From assembly GCF_009914755.1 (NCBI RefSeq), contig NC_060939.1: a stretch of DNA of 64,000 bases. One strand, given 5' to 3'. Of this stretch, positions 1 through 64,000 are shown in pieces (position 1 is the stretch's first letter; every line of letters starts with the position of its first letter). Position numbers and translations under genes: made by a program. This DNA comes from the human T2T-CHM13v2.0 reference genome, Homo sapiens. Below the pieces are notes generated by a model. It saw nothing but the letters and a program-made list of their open reading frames with translations, was not told the origin of the DNA and made no database searches.

Positions 1-647
1 GAAACAATATCATAGCTGTCACTTTCTTAGGTGAAGGGTAAGGAGCACCCCTTCTAGGGAGAAGCAGATTGTAAATCTGAAGGTTGAGGAGAAAGCCAGA
101 CAAGGAGACTGAGTAATCTCAGGGAGTTCAGATAAAGACCCTGTCTCAGCCTCTTGCATCTGGTGGTCTGTGGGTCTTAGCTGGGTTTGTCTAGGATGGG
201 CTCATGTTTGTAATTCAGCCATTTCTATAGTCAGACAAAATTTGGAGCAGTAATACAAGCATGATACATATGGATGTATGTTTCCTGTTAACTGCTTTCT
301 CTATTTGTTTGGCATTAACAGGTTTCTATTCCAGTTGCTATCCTGAGCCTCCACATAACAGAGAGTAACCTTCCTCTTTCTGTATGCTCCACTGTGTATA
401 TTTGGCCTTTTGCCCACAGCAATCAGTGCCAGTCTTTTGAGCACACTCACTCAAGTGTCTGGACCTGTCCTAGTCCTTGGACCTGTTGCAGATTGAATGA
501 CCTCATAGCCTTCTTCCCTGGGAAGAGACTGTGGTTGTGTCAGCTCCCACTCCCATTCCCCCGGGCTATTCCACCTATCACTCTTCACCCATCCATCTTT
601 TACTATCCTCCAAAGGCTGCGTTATGAAATCTTAATTTCTTCCAAGG

Positions 648-865
648 CAGGGGCGGCAAACATTTTCTGTAAAAGGCCAGATAGTATTTTAGGCTTTGTG
701 GGCCATATGGTCTGTGCTGCAACTACTCAATTTTGCCAGGGTGGTGCAAAAGCAGCCCTAGACAGTACGTAAATAAATGGGTGTGGTTGTGTTCTAATAA
801 AACTTTATTAATAAAAACAGGCAGCAGACCAGATTTGGACTCATAGGCTTTCATTCGTGGACCTC
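648..865 (+). mobile_element. MER58A-like hAT-Charlie MITE
   Basis: ggcaaacattttctgtaaaaggccagatag...aataaaactttatt...ccagatttgg. Confidence 0.8.
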
Positions 866-1322
866 TTCTGTGATACCCGTGTGATTTCATTCTGCTCTAC
901 AAAGTGGTGGATCTCCTAAAAAGTGGTTCCCTTACAGCGTATGGGTCATACTGCCTGAGATATAGTTCCAGCATCAAACCAATAAGCTTCTCCAAGCTTC
1001 CAAGTCATGACATCCTGGGATTGTGGGGAAGGCTAGATAAAGCAGGCTTGATTCTAACTTTTTTGTTAGCCTCTGGCAGAATCTGACTCTTCCCAGCCAC
1101 TCCCATTCTGTGCCCATCCTGGGGTGCCCATACAGTTGGCTCCTTTAAAAACCTAAATGACAGGGATGAAGATACCCTGCAGAAAAAGCATTTGAGGTCC
1201 TTACGTGACCCCCAGGGAAAGGTCAGCAAGTAGGTAGAAGCTGTCAGTTTTCAGAGTAAGCCTCTGAGTCATCTGTGGTCATATAGGAACCTGGTGGCAG
1301 AGTAAGGCATGACTAAAATCTA

Positions 1323-1706
<384 letters not shown>

Positions 1707-2436
1707 TCATTTATATCCACACTCACTCTCCCTCATTCCCTCTCACTGGATCTAGACAAATTCTTGACATATTTCACCAGTAAATGCTTCAGTATATATC
1801 TTTGAAAGGTGTGGTAGAGTCTAAAACTCTTGAATCCTATTCCAGGGCTCATTCACTGAAAACAGCTCTGGAGTGGAGACCAGCTCTCCTTTGGGTCACA
1901 CACACACAGGCGTGGTGTGTGTATAAATTATCAGCTGCCTTTTGCTACCAGATCACAGAGGATTTCTGTTTCAGGGAATGGAGGTGCAGTAACAATCTCT
2001 GAATATGTAGGAGAGAGTTTTATGCCCACAGTGTTTCTGGAGCTTCTGCTTTACTGAGTATTTCCAACATATTTTTAGCAGACACCTTTTTGTTCTTTTT
2101 AAAGGACCAAACTTCTGAATTTAGCTAAAATGTTTTTGTGTCTTTTTAAAAAGAACAACTTTCCTGGTGATTTTCCTTAACTAAAATGGATTTGTGTTTC
2201 TGCTAACCCCACAACTCTAAGACTATGCCAGTTTAATGACCATTCTCCCCTCCTGCACTGTGACATCGTAAGCTGCCTGTGACACCAGGCCTGTTTGTCC
2301 AAGGTTGCCAGAAGTCCAAAGCACTCTCTACCCTGTTGATTGCAGGGGCTCTCTTGGAAGGCCTTACACTGCTATCAGTTTGTCCTGAGCTTGGTTTGCA
2401 TTTCCCCTTGGGTAACCTCAGCCGCTTCTGTGACAG

Positions 2437-40706
<38,270 letters not shown>

Positions 40707-42106
40707 CATCTCACCGTCAAGATGGTGCTGCTGAGATGCAGGCCCAGGCTGCTCAAGAGAGACACTGTGGCAGCTCCTTGTTACTTTCCATACCACAGTG
40801 CAGGAAAAGCTGATGCTACCTGCTGTGGCCGATTGGGGCAGACAGCACTGGCCCAGGGATGCTAGCAAAGCCCAGTCAGTACTTGGTCACAGCTGGCACC
40901 AGTGCAGAGCAAACGGCCTGAGCTCCTGGCCCAGACTATCCAGAGTGAATGCAGCTCCGCTCACCTTTTGGATTTCTCACCTTTCTTTCCTGTTTCTGGG
41001 ACTCTGCGGCAGACAGGACACTTAAGGACCAGGACTGGGCACAGCCAGCAGAGCCGGGGACTGCAGTGCTTTGGCAAGGTGCTTCCGCAGGCTGGTAGGG
41101 AAGCAGGCAGCCACTGGCCAAGACTCTGTTCTGAATCTACCTCCTCTAGCATTCAGCTCTACTGTGTGATGGGACGTTAAAAATACCAAAACAGAAAGAG
41201 GGTTTAAAAAACAGCTGCACAAACCAGAACACCGATTCAGAATCTTTTCTCCCTCTTGAGTTTTTGCAAAATACTTTATTATTGATTTTTGCTTTTTTTC
41301 TCCCTTTCCCTCCCAGGAGAAGACATTTGGGTCTTGGCCTGAGGCAGGGGTGTTGAGCGATGATGCTCTGATATGGAGCTGTCACTCTAGAGCTCGGTCA
41401 GATGGAAGACACTATAGAACCAGGTTGGACAGATTTGGGGTCAGGGTTGGAGGCTGAGTTCTTTTGAGGACTGGTTGGAGTGGCAGCCAGATGGTGGCTG
41501 CTGACAAGGCAAGAGGAATTTCAGAGATTAAACATTGTCCTTTGAGGAAGGGAGAGGAGGTGAATGAACTCCCAGAGGAGGTGAGTGGCTTGTTGGGAGG
41601 AAGCTCAGTTCCAGAACTTACCTCAGTGCACTTGGGAGGGGTGGAGTCCTGAGCATTCCATGATTTCTGCCCTGGCCCCACCTATCCTAGGATGGGGTGG
41701 GATGGAGAGTGGGTTCAGTTTTCTTGTACTTTAGCCTGGCTGAACATGAACTTTGTGTTTACCTGGAAGTGGTAGGGGTGGGAGAGATTCTCATCTTTAG
41801 TTCTGGTGCCCAAAATCTTTGGTAGATGGAGGGAACTGGGGATTCAGAAGATGTGGTAAAGGTCTATTTCTGTAGTGTGGCAGAGATGTGTTTTTCTAAA
41901 GTGTTTGCAGGGCATTTTTCCCTCTTACCTCAGATTAAGTTATTTATATATTGTTGATTGAAGGTTTTTTAAAATTGCTTTTAAACTTCTATTTCTCGGG
42001 TAAATTTTTTGGTGACATGATATATTTAACACCCTATTTATATACTCCTACCTCTTTTCATATAAATCTCTTACTAAGACTACTGACCAAAAAAGAACAT
42101 TTTAAA

Positions 42107-42112
42107 ATTAAA
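42107..42112 (+). terminator. Probable STARD9 polyadenylation signal ATTAAA (3' UTR ~40707-42135)
   Basis: ATTAAA at the end of a U-rich block, followed by ctctgtgtacttt. Confidence 0.6.
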
Positions 42113-42483
42113 AGTCCTCTGTGTACTTTATCTAGTGAAGAGTAGATGAAATCCTGCACCGGGATAGCCTAAGTGTGTGATTCGAGCTTGGCAGATTAGC
42201 TGGAGATCACCCTGGCAATACCCACTCATAGCTGTTTCAAAGATTCAGTTTACATGTATGTACAGTTTCCCATGAACTTGGCATTGCTTTGCAGGGTAAA
42301 CAGCAACCAGGTAAGTTGCTCAACTATAGCCCAAGTAAGAACTAAAGGGGAGAATCCAGAACAGTCACTGCCACACCTAACAGTGACCACAGTGCCCTGG
42401 GGCTTCTGAGGCAGAGCCACCTATGGGAATCTGAGTCAGGGGATAACCAGGAGGTGACCCTGCCCGCCTTAATAGAGAAGCCA

Positions 42484-42789
42484 GCCGGGCATGGTGGCTC
42501 ATGCCTGTCATCCCAGCACGTTGGGAGGCTGAGGCGGGTGGATCACCTGAGGTCAGGAGTTTGAGACCAGCCTGGCCAACATGGTGAAACCTGTCTCTAC
42601 TAAAAATACAAAAAATTAGCCAGGCGTGGTGGCATGTGCCTGTAATCCCAGCTACTTGGGAGGCTGAGGCACAAGAATTGCTTGAACCTGGGAGGGGGAG
42701 GTTTCAGTGAGCCGAGCCGAGATTGTGTCACTGCACTCCAGCCTGGGCAACAGAGTGAGACTCTGTCTCAAAAAAAAAAAAAAAAAAAA
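42484..42789 (+). mobile_element. AluS
   Basis: Full dimer and A-tail. Confidence 0.94.
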
Positions 42790-42879
42790 GCAACACCAGA
42801 CCTGACTGAATCAGCAAGCGAAAGATTGAGAGGGATCTTGTAGCAAAAAGCAAAAGTGGAGTCAGATTTTGGATTCATG

Positions 42880-43064
42880 GCGTGGTTGTCATACTTTCGC
42901 ATACATCAGAATCACCTGAACGCTTTCTTATGCCCCAGGATGGGCCCTACCCCAAGTTACTGGTTTGGTAGCCCCGGAGAAGGACCAGAGAATTTGTGTT
43001 AACAAGAAGTCCCAGGGGACCCTGAAGTTTGCTGGTCTGGGGACCACATTTTATAAACAGCTGG
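42880..43064. mobile_element. MER5A-like MITE
   Basis: catcagaatcacctg...ctggtctggggaccacatttt. Confidence 0.7.
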
Positions 43065-43459
43065 CTTTGACAATTAGAGAGCAGACATACAGAATCTAGT
43101 TCACTGACCCACTAGCTGCCTGTCTCCATAATCCTTAGAGTAGCCTTTAAGGCTCACACAGGCCAGCAGGAAGTTTCCTTCATCGGGAACATGTTAAATT
43201 TCCATTCAGATTCCCAAGAACTTGTTTTTAACTCAGTGGGCCTTAAGCCAGGCCTGGGTTATGGCCCAGCCCTTCAGTCTCAGCATCCTTAGGGGTTTCA
43301 GGTTTTCCTCTCCTGCCCATTCCATGTCACACACCTCAGCTGGGTCCTCTGGAACAAGTCAAGGAGTAGCCACAAGCCTGACGCTGACCCTAAGCTTCCT
43401 GGGTGGGGGCGGTGCTATGGTTTAATCACACCCAGTGCTGGTCTCTGGGCATAGAAAGC

Positions 43460-44252
<793 letters not shown>

Positions 44253-44707
44253 TGTCAAAATCAGTGGCTCATTTATAGAGCTTGATACAGCTGTAATCGA
44301 GAAGCAATGCTTTTGCTCTGAGAAACTCCAAGCCAAATCAATCAAACAAACACCTTAGCCTTAACAAGCTTAACAAGAACACTGCCCCACCATGTGGTTC
44401 AGTAGGGAATATCTTGTGTGTGGAAACTACATTATCCTAACCCTTTCTCCCACAAATAAAGCGAGTTACACAGGAGAAGTCAGTACCACTGGCGATAAAT
44501 TAAATTAATAGATATTGCCACCAGAGACTAGCCCTCTAGAGTGGAATATACAGGCATTTCTAAGAGCCAAGGTAGCTCACCTTGTAATGCACAGAGCAAA
44601 GCCACAATTACAGCGCTCCACCTACAGCCCACCCGAGACTGCAGCCTTCTAAAGGGAGAAGACAGGTGACAATGATTAGACATCAAGCCCTTGTTAAAGA
44701 AAACCAG

Positions 44708-44713
44708 TTTATT
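44708..44713 (-). terminator. CDAN1 polyadenylation signal AATAAA (3' UTR ~44690-45622)
   Basis: tttatt on + strand ~0.9 kb past the stop codon. Confidence 0.7.
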
Positions 44714-44861
44714 CTAAAAAGCTCTAAATGCCCTGTGCTTGGTCCCTGGTCAGGGAGAGGTCTCAAGAGGTTACTACCTGCACAGGGGCTGAAGGTACAG
44801 GGGGAAAGTCAGGTTTCAGTTGGTTGAGTCCTACCTTATCTGTTTGTTAGGCTTTTTCTAG

Positions 44862-45141
44862 AAAGTCTCGCTCTGTTACCCAGACTGGAGTGCAGTGGTG
44901 CGACCTCGGCTCACTGCAACCTCCACCTCCAGGTTCAAGCAGGTCTCCTGCCTCATCCTCCTGAGTAGCTGGGATTACAGGCACACACCACCATGCCCAG
45001 CTAATAATTTTTTTATTTTTAGTAGAGATGGGGTTTTGCCATGTTGGCCAGGCTGGTCTTGAATTCCTGACCTCAGGCAGTCCGCCGACCTCAGGCCTCT
45101 CAAAGTGCTGGGATTACAGGCATGAGCCACCAGACCCGGCC
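44862..45141 (-). mobile_element. AluS inside the CDAN1 3' UTR
   Basis: Alu consensus between the stop codon and the poly(A) signal. Confidence 0.9.
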
Positions 45142-45622
45142 TGTGTTAGGCATTTATAAGGAGATGGCAGTCCAGCTCCTGGTGATAAGAAAATGTAGAC
45201 TCCCAAGATTCATGTTTTAACTTTCTTCATAAGTTAAGCAGGAGTCATTTGCCTCTGTCATGAATTCCAAGACTACAAAGTTTTAAGAGATGCTGGGATA
45301 GCAAATGAGGCTTGAATTCTGTGTTGACAAGCCCACACACCTCATTTCATTTAGTATCCAAGAGATAAACAAACACCACCTCTTCTACTCCAGGACTGGC
45401 ATCTCTGGACTTTTCTGCCATAATCCCAAATCAGGCCAACTCTCCTTCCTCTAGGATTCGCGTGGTGGGATGCCAGGCAGTGACACCCTTAGAGCAGGAA
45501 GTCTGACTGTAGACCCAGCTACACCCCAACCAGTGAGGGTCTGCATTGGGCACTTGGGCCTCCTCGTGAGGCGGGGGTCCAGGGTTCTGGTGCAATGCCC
45601 AAGGCAGGGCCACTTCTCAGCC

Positions 45623-58414
<12,792 letters not shown>

Positions 58415-58896
58415 TCAACCCCGGCCGAGAGGCCGGTTGTTAGGAGGTGAAATGTGGATCACAGCGCCTGGGGAGGCCCACCTTGGCTGCCCGCCCTGGA
58501 GCGACCTGAAGGGAGGGATTCGAGCTGGGAGTGGGGCTGCCGCGGGTCGGACGCCCCTCTAGGGAGACCCAGGACCCGGGAGAGAGGTAGAGGGGAGCAG
58601 AGACAGCCACCAGCTTCTATCTTCTGCTCTAAGCACATTCTTTCACGAGTTTAAGTTTCCTAGATCCAACTGGCACCACCCCAGAGAAATTATAATCTAA
58701 TCTTTCATTTTGACTTTGTTCTTCTCAAAGGCCGATTTTTCAATCCCTTGGCCGAGCAGTACCCATCGGCTTTTCAGCGCTCACCATCAACTGACCATTT
58801 AGGAAAGAATTATTTCTAGGAGGTTCTTAATAATCCCCAAGCCACAACCCTTAAAGTGCCTCGGGCCACCCTGCACACAGAATTGCTTGTATGTAG

Positions 58897-59622
<726 letters not shown>

Positions 59623-59880
59623 TCAAGCAAGGGAATCCAAGCGGAGAAAAACAGATGGCACGAACATTCCATGTCAAACCAAACCAGGAGGGGTGAGGCA
59701 GTGCCCTTGTGAATGCCTCCTGAGAGTTGCTCTGGTTCAAAGGAAGGTTACGGGCGGAAGGATGAGGGTGGGGGTGCAGGAATCTCTCTAGTGGCAGAAG
59801 GGGTATTTCCTATGGAGAAGGAAAAAGTACCTCCAGCCAGACAGAATAATGGACTAAAAAGGAGCTTTTAATATTTTAAT

Positions 59881-59886
59881 TTTATT
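59881..59886 (-). terminator. Distal poly(A) signal AATAAA of the upstream minus-strand gene (TTBK2)
   Basis: tttatt on +, last of a cluster. Confidence 0.55.
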
Positions 59887-61684
59887 ACAGGAAAACATCT
59901 CCTAACTGCAGGGACACTTAACACCTAGCTTCTATTCAGTCCTGGGCTGCTTTTTCTAGGGAACTTCTAGATGTGGTACTGCATTTACAGTAACACTATC
60001 TGCTCCCCGTTGATCTTGTAACATCTGGTGTATTCAATAACTTTATTAAATTAGAAAAATATTTTCCACTTTTGAAATCCAGACCATCACACAAACAGAA
60101 CTAGATTTTGCATGCGGAATGAATATTTTATTACTAGGTTATAAAAATAAAATACAAAATAATTTTAAAACAGAACTTAAAACACTGTACAAAGCTTTAA
60201 TATGATACAAATGGGAAAATTAAATAAATAATTACACTTTTATGTACAGGTGGCCTATACAAAAGCACTCCATGTTTCTGCCGATACTCTGTCCTTGGTT
60301 GCCTGAGCAAAATTGTATAAAGGGAGCTGCTTGGAGGGGAAAGGAACACAATAAAACGCCTCTGGAGGTATTTCAAAGAGTAGTTTCTCATCTCTCTGAT
60401 TTCAGGAAGAGGAGAAGAGAGGGAGAGAAAAGTGGAATTATTAAAGTCATCTAACTCATTGGTCTTGTTCAACAAGAAAGAATTCTGGTTTGTGGCTGAA
60501 TCTGATTTAACAGCTGCCAATAGCTCATTACTTCTAAGATGTATATCTAATTCAAAACTAGATGCTCCCCCCTCCCTCTTTTTTCCCTAAAAGCTGGGAA
60601 CTTGTAAGTAAATGGCCTAGTGAAATAGACACTGGCTATTTTAGAAAAAGGGTCAGAAGGTAGACCAGGAACTATGTATCAAGGAGAAGTAAGTGAGGCT
60701 CAAGCCCAGGCCACCTAGGCTGTGTTTATTCAGTCCACCCAATCCAATGTCAAAGCCCCAAGTGGGCCAGTGTTACCTTTATCTTCCCATCTTTGTATTT
60801 CTGAAAGCTTTGTCACCTCAGTGGACTACTTTGGCTGATGAACAGTTCAAATAGAAGATTGTTTTGGAAAAAGTCCCAAGGGCTTTCCCCTTCCTGGGTA
60901 GCTCCCTATAAGTCAAATTCAAGTTCTGGTAGCCTTGTTTACCCCTTGTAGGCGAGTGAAGAATGCCCACACAGAGTTCAGATGTGGTGAAATGCTGGGC
61001 ATTGATTCCTCAGGATTTAAACTGCATATTATTAGAGAAAAAGAGCATCATATGGCAAGGGTAGTCTATATAAAAACTTGGTTTACTCAATGTTTTTAAT
61101 TAGGCGAGTGAACACTTATGTACATAATATTAAATAATATTAAACTAATAAAAAGAGAGGTAAAATTCCTATCCATTGTTATTGTAAAATTATATCATCA
61201 GCAAATTCTATAGTCACATGGGCTCAAAGATCTGCCTCATCCAATCTTGTTCCCTAGGTCAAGGAACCCAGAGCCAGGGTACCTGGGAGGCATGGTCAGC
61301 ATCGCCAGTGTACATATATTCTGTGCCCATACTACCACTAACGCTTCCAGCTGAAGAGGAGGCAGAAAACCGTTACATTGCACAGGGCCATGAAAGGAAA
61401 GGCTTCACTACTTTTACATGTTACCTTAAGACCAAAGATCCAGCAAAGTCTAAGGAAATATCCTAATCATTACTGTGTAATGTTACTTTTTTGCTATTCA
61501 GTGTCTTGAGATTGTGTGGAAATTCAAGGTGACCTGATCTTGTCACATACTTTAATTTTCTGATCCAAATTTGCTGAAAGGGAATAATTAAACATCAAGC
61601 TTAAATATTTTTTTAAGTAGGAGCAGACAATCACAACTGAATTAGAAGACGTCTTAATGGGCATAGACTTTATTTTTGTTTTAC

Positions 61685-61986
61685 TTTTTTTTTTTTTTTT
61701 TTTTGAGACGGAGTCTCACTCTGTCGCCCAGGCTGGAGTGCAGTGGGGCGATCTTGGCTTACTGTAATCTTCTGCCTCCCAGGTTCAAGCGATTCTCCTG
61801 CCTCAGCCTCCTGAGCATCTGGGACTACAGGCGCCCGCCACCATGCCCAGCTAATTTTTTGTATTTTCAGTAGAGACGGGGTTTCACCCTGTTAGCCAGG
61901 ATGGTCTCGATCTCCTCACCTCGTGATCTGCCCGCCTCAGCCTCCCAAAGAGCTGGGATTACAGGCATGAGCCACTGCGCCTGGCC
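61685..61986 (-). mobile_element. AluY/Sc within the TTBK2 3' UTR
   Basis: Alu consensus; TSD ttgttttacttttt on both sides. Confidence 0.93.
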
Positions 61987-64000
61987 TTGTTTTACTTTTT
62001 AAAATTTCTGTGAGCTGCTCTAGAAAACTAAAGGACGAAAACTTTACTGTCATAATTCCAAGTTCAGTCAGGGATTTCTCAGAATTGAGGTGTGCAGCAT
62101 CCAGATTCCCCTTTATGTGGATAGGGATCCCTGTGCCATGTCTTGCACTTACCTAAGAACTATAGGAATTCTCCATGTACCTCCTACAGTTTTTCTAGCA
62201 GTGTTGGACAATGGATTCTAAAGGTTCCTGAGACTTTGTTAAATTTCTCATAATTCCAGAGGGAAGGCCAAAATATTGAGAATACTCAATGATAGGATGA
62301 GTTTCCACTCTACTTCCTTATCCTCAAGGCACACACCAGAGTTCCACTGGGTGAGGACAGGGAAGTAGGATGTCCCAACACCCTCTGAGGGTTTTCATGC
62401 ATTAATCCCGCCATATGGGCTGATGGTTGGAACTGCCTTTAGTTCTCTAAGTAAAGGTCTAAAAATGCACCTGTGGTTTCTGAACTTGGGTATACGCTGA
62501 TACATAAGGACTACCATAGAAGTTACATGCCTTAATCCTGTAATACTTTTGTGTGGTATCATTCTGCTAATATATTGTCCACAGGGCCAAACCCCAAGTT
62601 ACACAGCGCAACAGTACTTGTCAACCACTCCATCTCCTCAGTGACACAGGTGCTAAAGTACCTCTCCCCTGAGGCAAAGTCCCGACACATCTGTGGTAAG
62701 TGCACATAAACAGAAATGGGCAGATTTTGAAAGTGAATGCAAACAACTTAATTCCAAAATACATAAACATGACAGAAGAAGTGGTTCTCTAACATATGCC
62801 ATGTTTGATCAATATAAAGAATAAGTTTTTAAAATATAAAAGACTTTGATCTCCAAGACTAAATCTAGACTTATCTGCAAATAAGTAAATTTTCAAACAG
62901 CCAGGGGAAAATGCATTTTTTTCACCGAGTCTCACTAAATCATTCTGAATTCTGGATCCTGCTTCTCGTATCACCAATTCCTAATGTTAGGAATGTAGAA
63001 CTGTCTGCTCTTGGGGAAAAAAAAAGCATCTGTTTTTAATTCAAAGCTCTGGGTATAGAAAAACTAATTATGGTTTTAGCTATCTGTGTCTGGGTTTATA
63101 AAACATGCACCAATGTACACTTTCTCCTTGTAGATTGAATGCAACTATAGAAGTATTAGCATAAAAATATGTGGCCTGGAAGGAATCTCTGAAGATACTG
63201 AAGAACCTCAAGTTCCCTACATTGCTAGGAGCCAAGGGAAGGAGACACTGTACACCTAGAGCGCTGAATTAGCAGCTGAGGTTTTAGTATTTGAAAGCAA
63301 ATAATATAAAGCGAGTAATGTCTACAGTGGGTCTCAGTTACCATTTGGCTACTTATTTAGGACTCGATTAACTTGGCAACTTTTACAAAAAACATTCACA
63401 TCACAACATGCAACTTAAAAAACAGTTAATGTAACTATGCCACTGTCAGCAAGGCCAGCTTGCATACCAGAGTTAAGAATGAGAGTGTCTGTCTGCCTAG
63501 GGCTTAACATTCAAAGATATTTATAATCTGTGTTTTAAGGTTAAATTTTATATGACCCAGTTTTCCTTCTTTGTTCACTATACACTAAAATTAAACGCCT
63601 CTACGCTGTGCAAGAAATCACTATGTGTGATTTTACTATTTCAACCAATCCATAGACCCTGAGGATTTGGCAGCAGAATTCAGGAGAAATGCTACCTAAA
63701 GTGATTGAGCTGTTGCTAATTCTACCTTCTGTTCCACTCAAGTACCTCCAGGGACTAACAAGGGAAGGCAAGGGCAACTGTGACTGACTAGGTAACCAGC
63801 TATTCTGTTGTGACAGAAGAAACCAGGTAATACTTGATTTTCAAAAGATAATTTTAACTGCTGCCCTATACTACTTTTAGTATAGTTTGGCTTGACCTTA
63901 ATAGCCATGTCCCTCATCTTAGATAGAATAACCAAATTGGTTTAAAATTACTTGATCTATGTCACTGAAACCTGAAATATGCCATCACTAAGAGAACCCC

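Larger units (their letters stand above)
59865..64000 (-). other. TTBK2: Distal 3' UTR of TTBK2 (tau tubulin kinase 2)
   Basis: AT-rich, repeat-poor, non-coding block ending in clustered minus-strand AATAAA signals (59881, 60042, 60127). Identity is inferred from recalled gene order, not from any coding sequence in the window. Confidence 0.65.

Overview
This is human (primate) genomic DNA, recognisable as the 15q15.2 STARD9-CDAN1-TTBK2 cluster. The + strand carries the last 13 coding exons of STARD9/KIF16A (kinesin-3 with a C-terminal START domain). These include one 10,227-bp coding exon (5131-15357) and a 20.9-kb intron made almost entirely of nested retroelements. The - strand carries the complete 28-exon CDAN1 (codanin-1) gene with its CpG-island promoter; its exons join with GT-AG boundaries into a 3,684-nt, 1,227-aa CDS. 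Upstream of it lies AT-rich sequence that fits the distal TTBK2 3' UTR. Also present are ~30 Alu/FLAM copies, L1M, L2, MIR, MER4 LTR, MLT1, Tigger4, MER58, MER5 and MER53 relics, and a U13 snoRNA retrocopy. I see no foreign or prokaryotic-type system. The best leads are: (1) a cryptic 100-nt intron over the STARD9 stop codon that would add a 75-aa hydrophobic-tailed C-terminus; (2) a competing poison acceptor in front of the giant exon; (3) tandem LC8-type TQT motifs; (4) an 88-bp perfect AT palindrome; (5) an L2 split by ~18 kb of nested insertions; and (6) an Alu-flanked 210-nt stop-free circRNA candidate. Gene identities, exon numbers and repeat subfamilies come from recall, not from searches; repeat boundaries are approximate.
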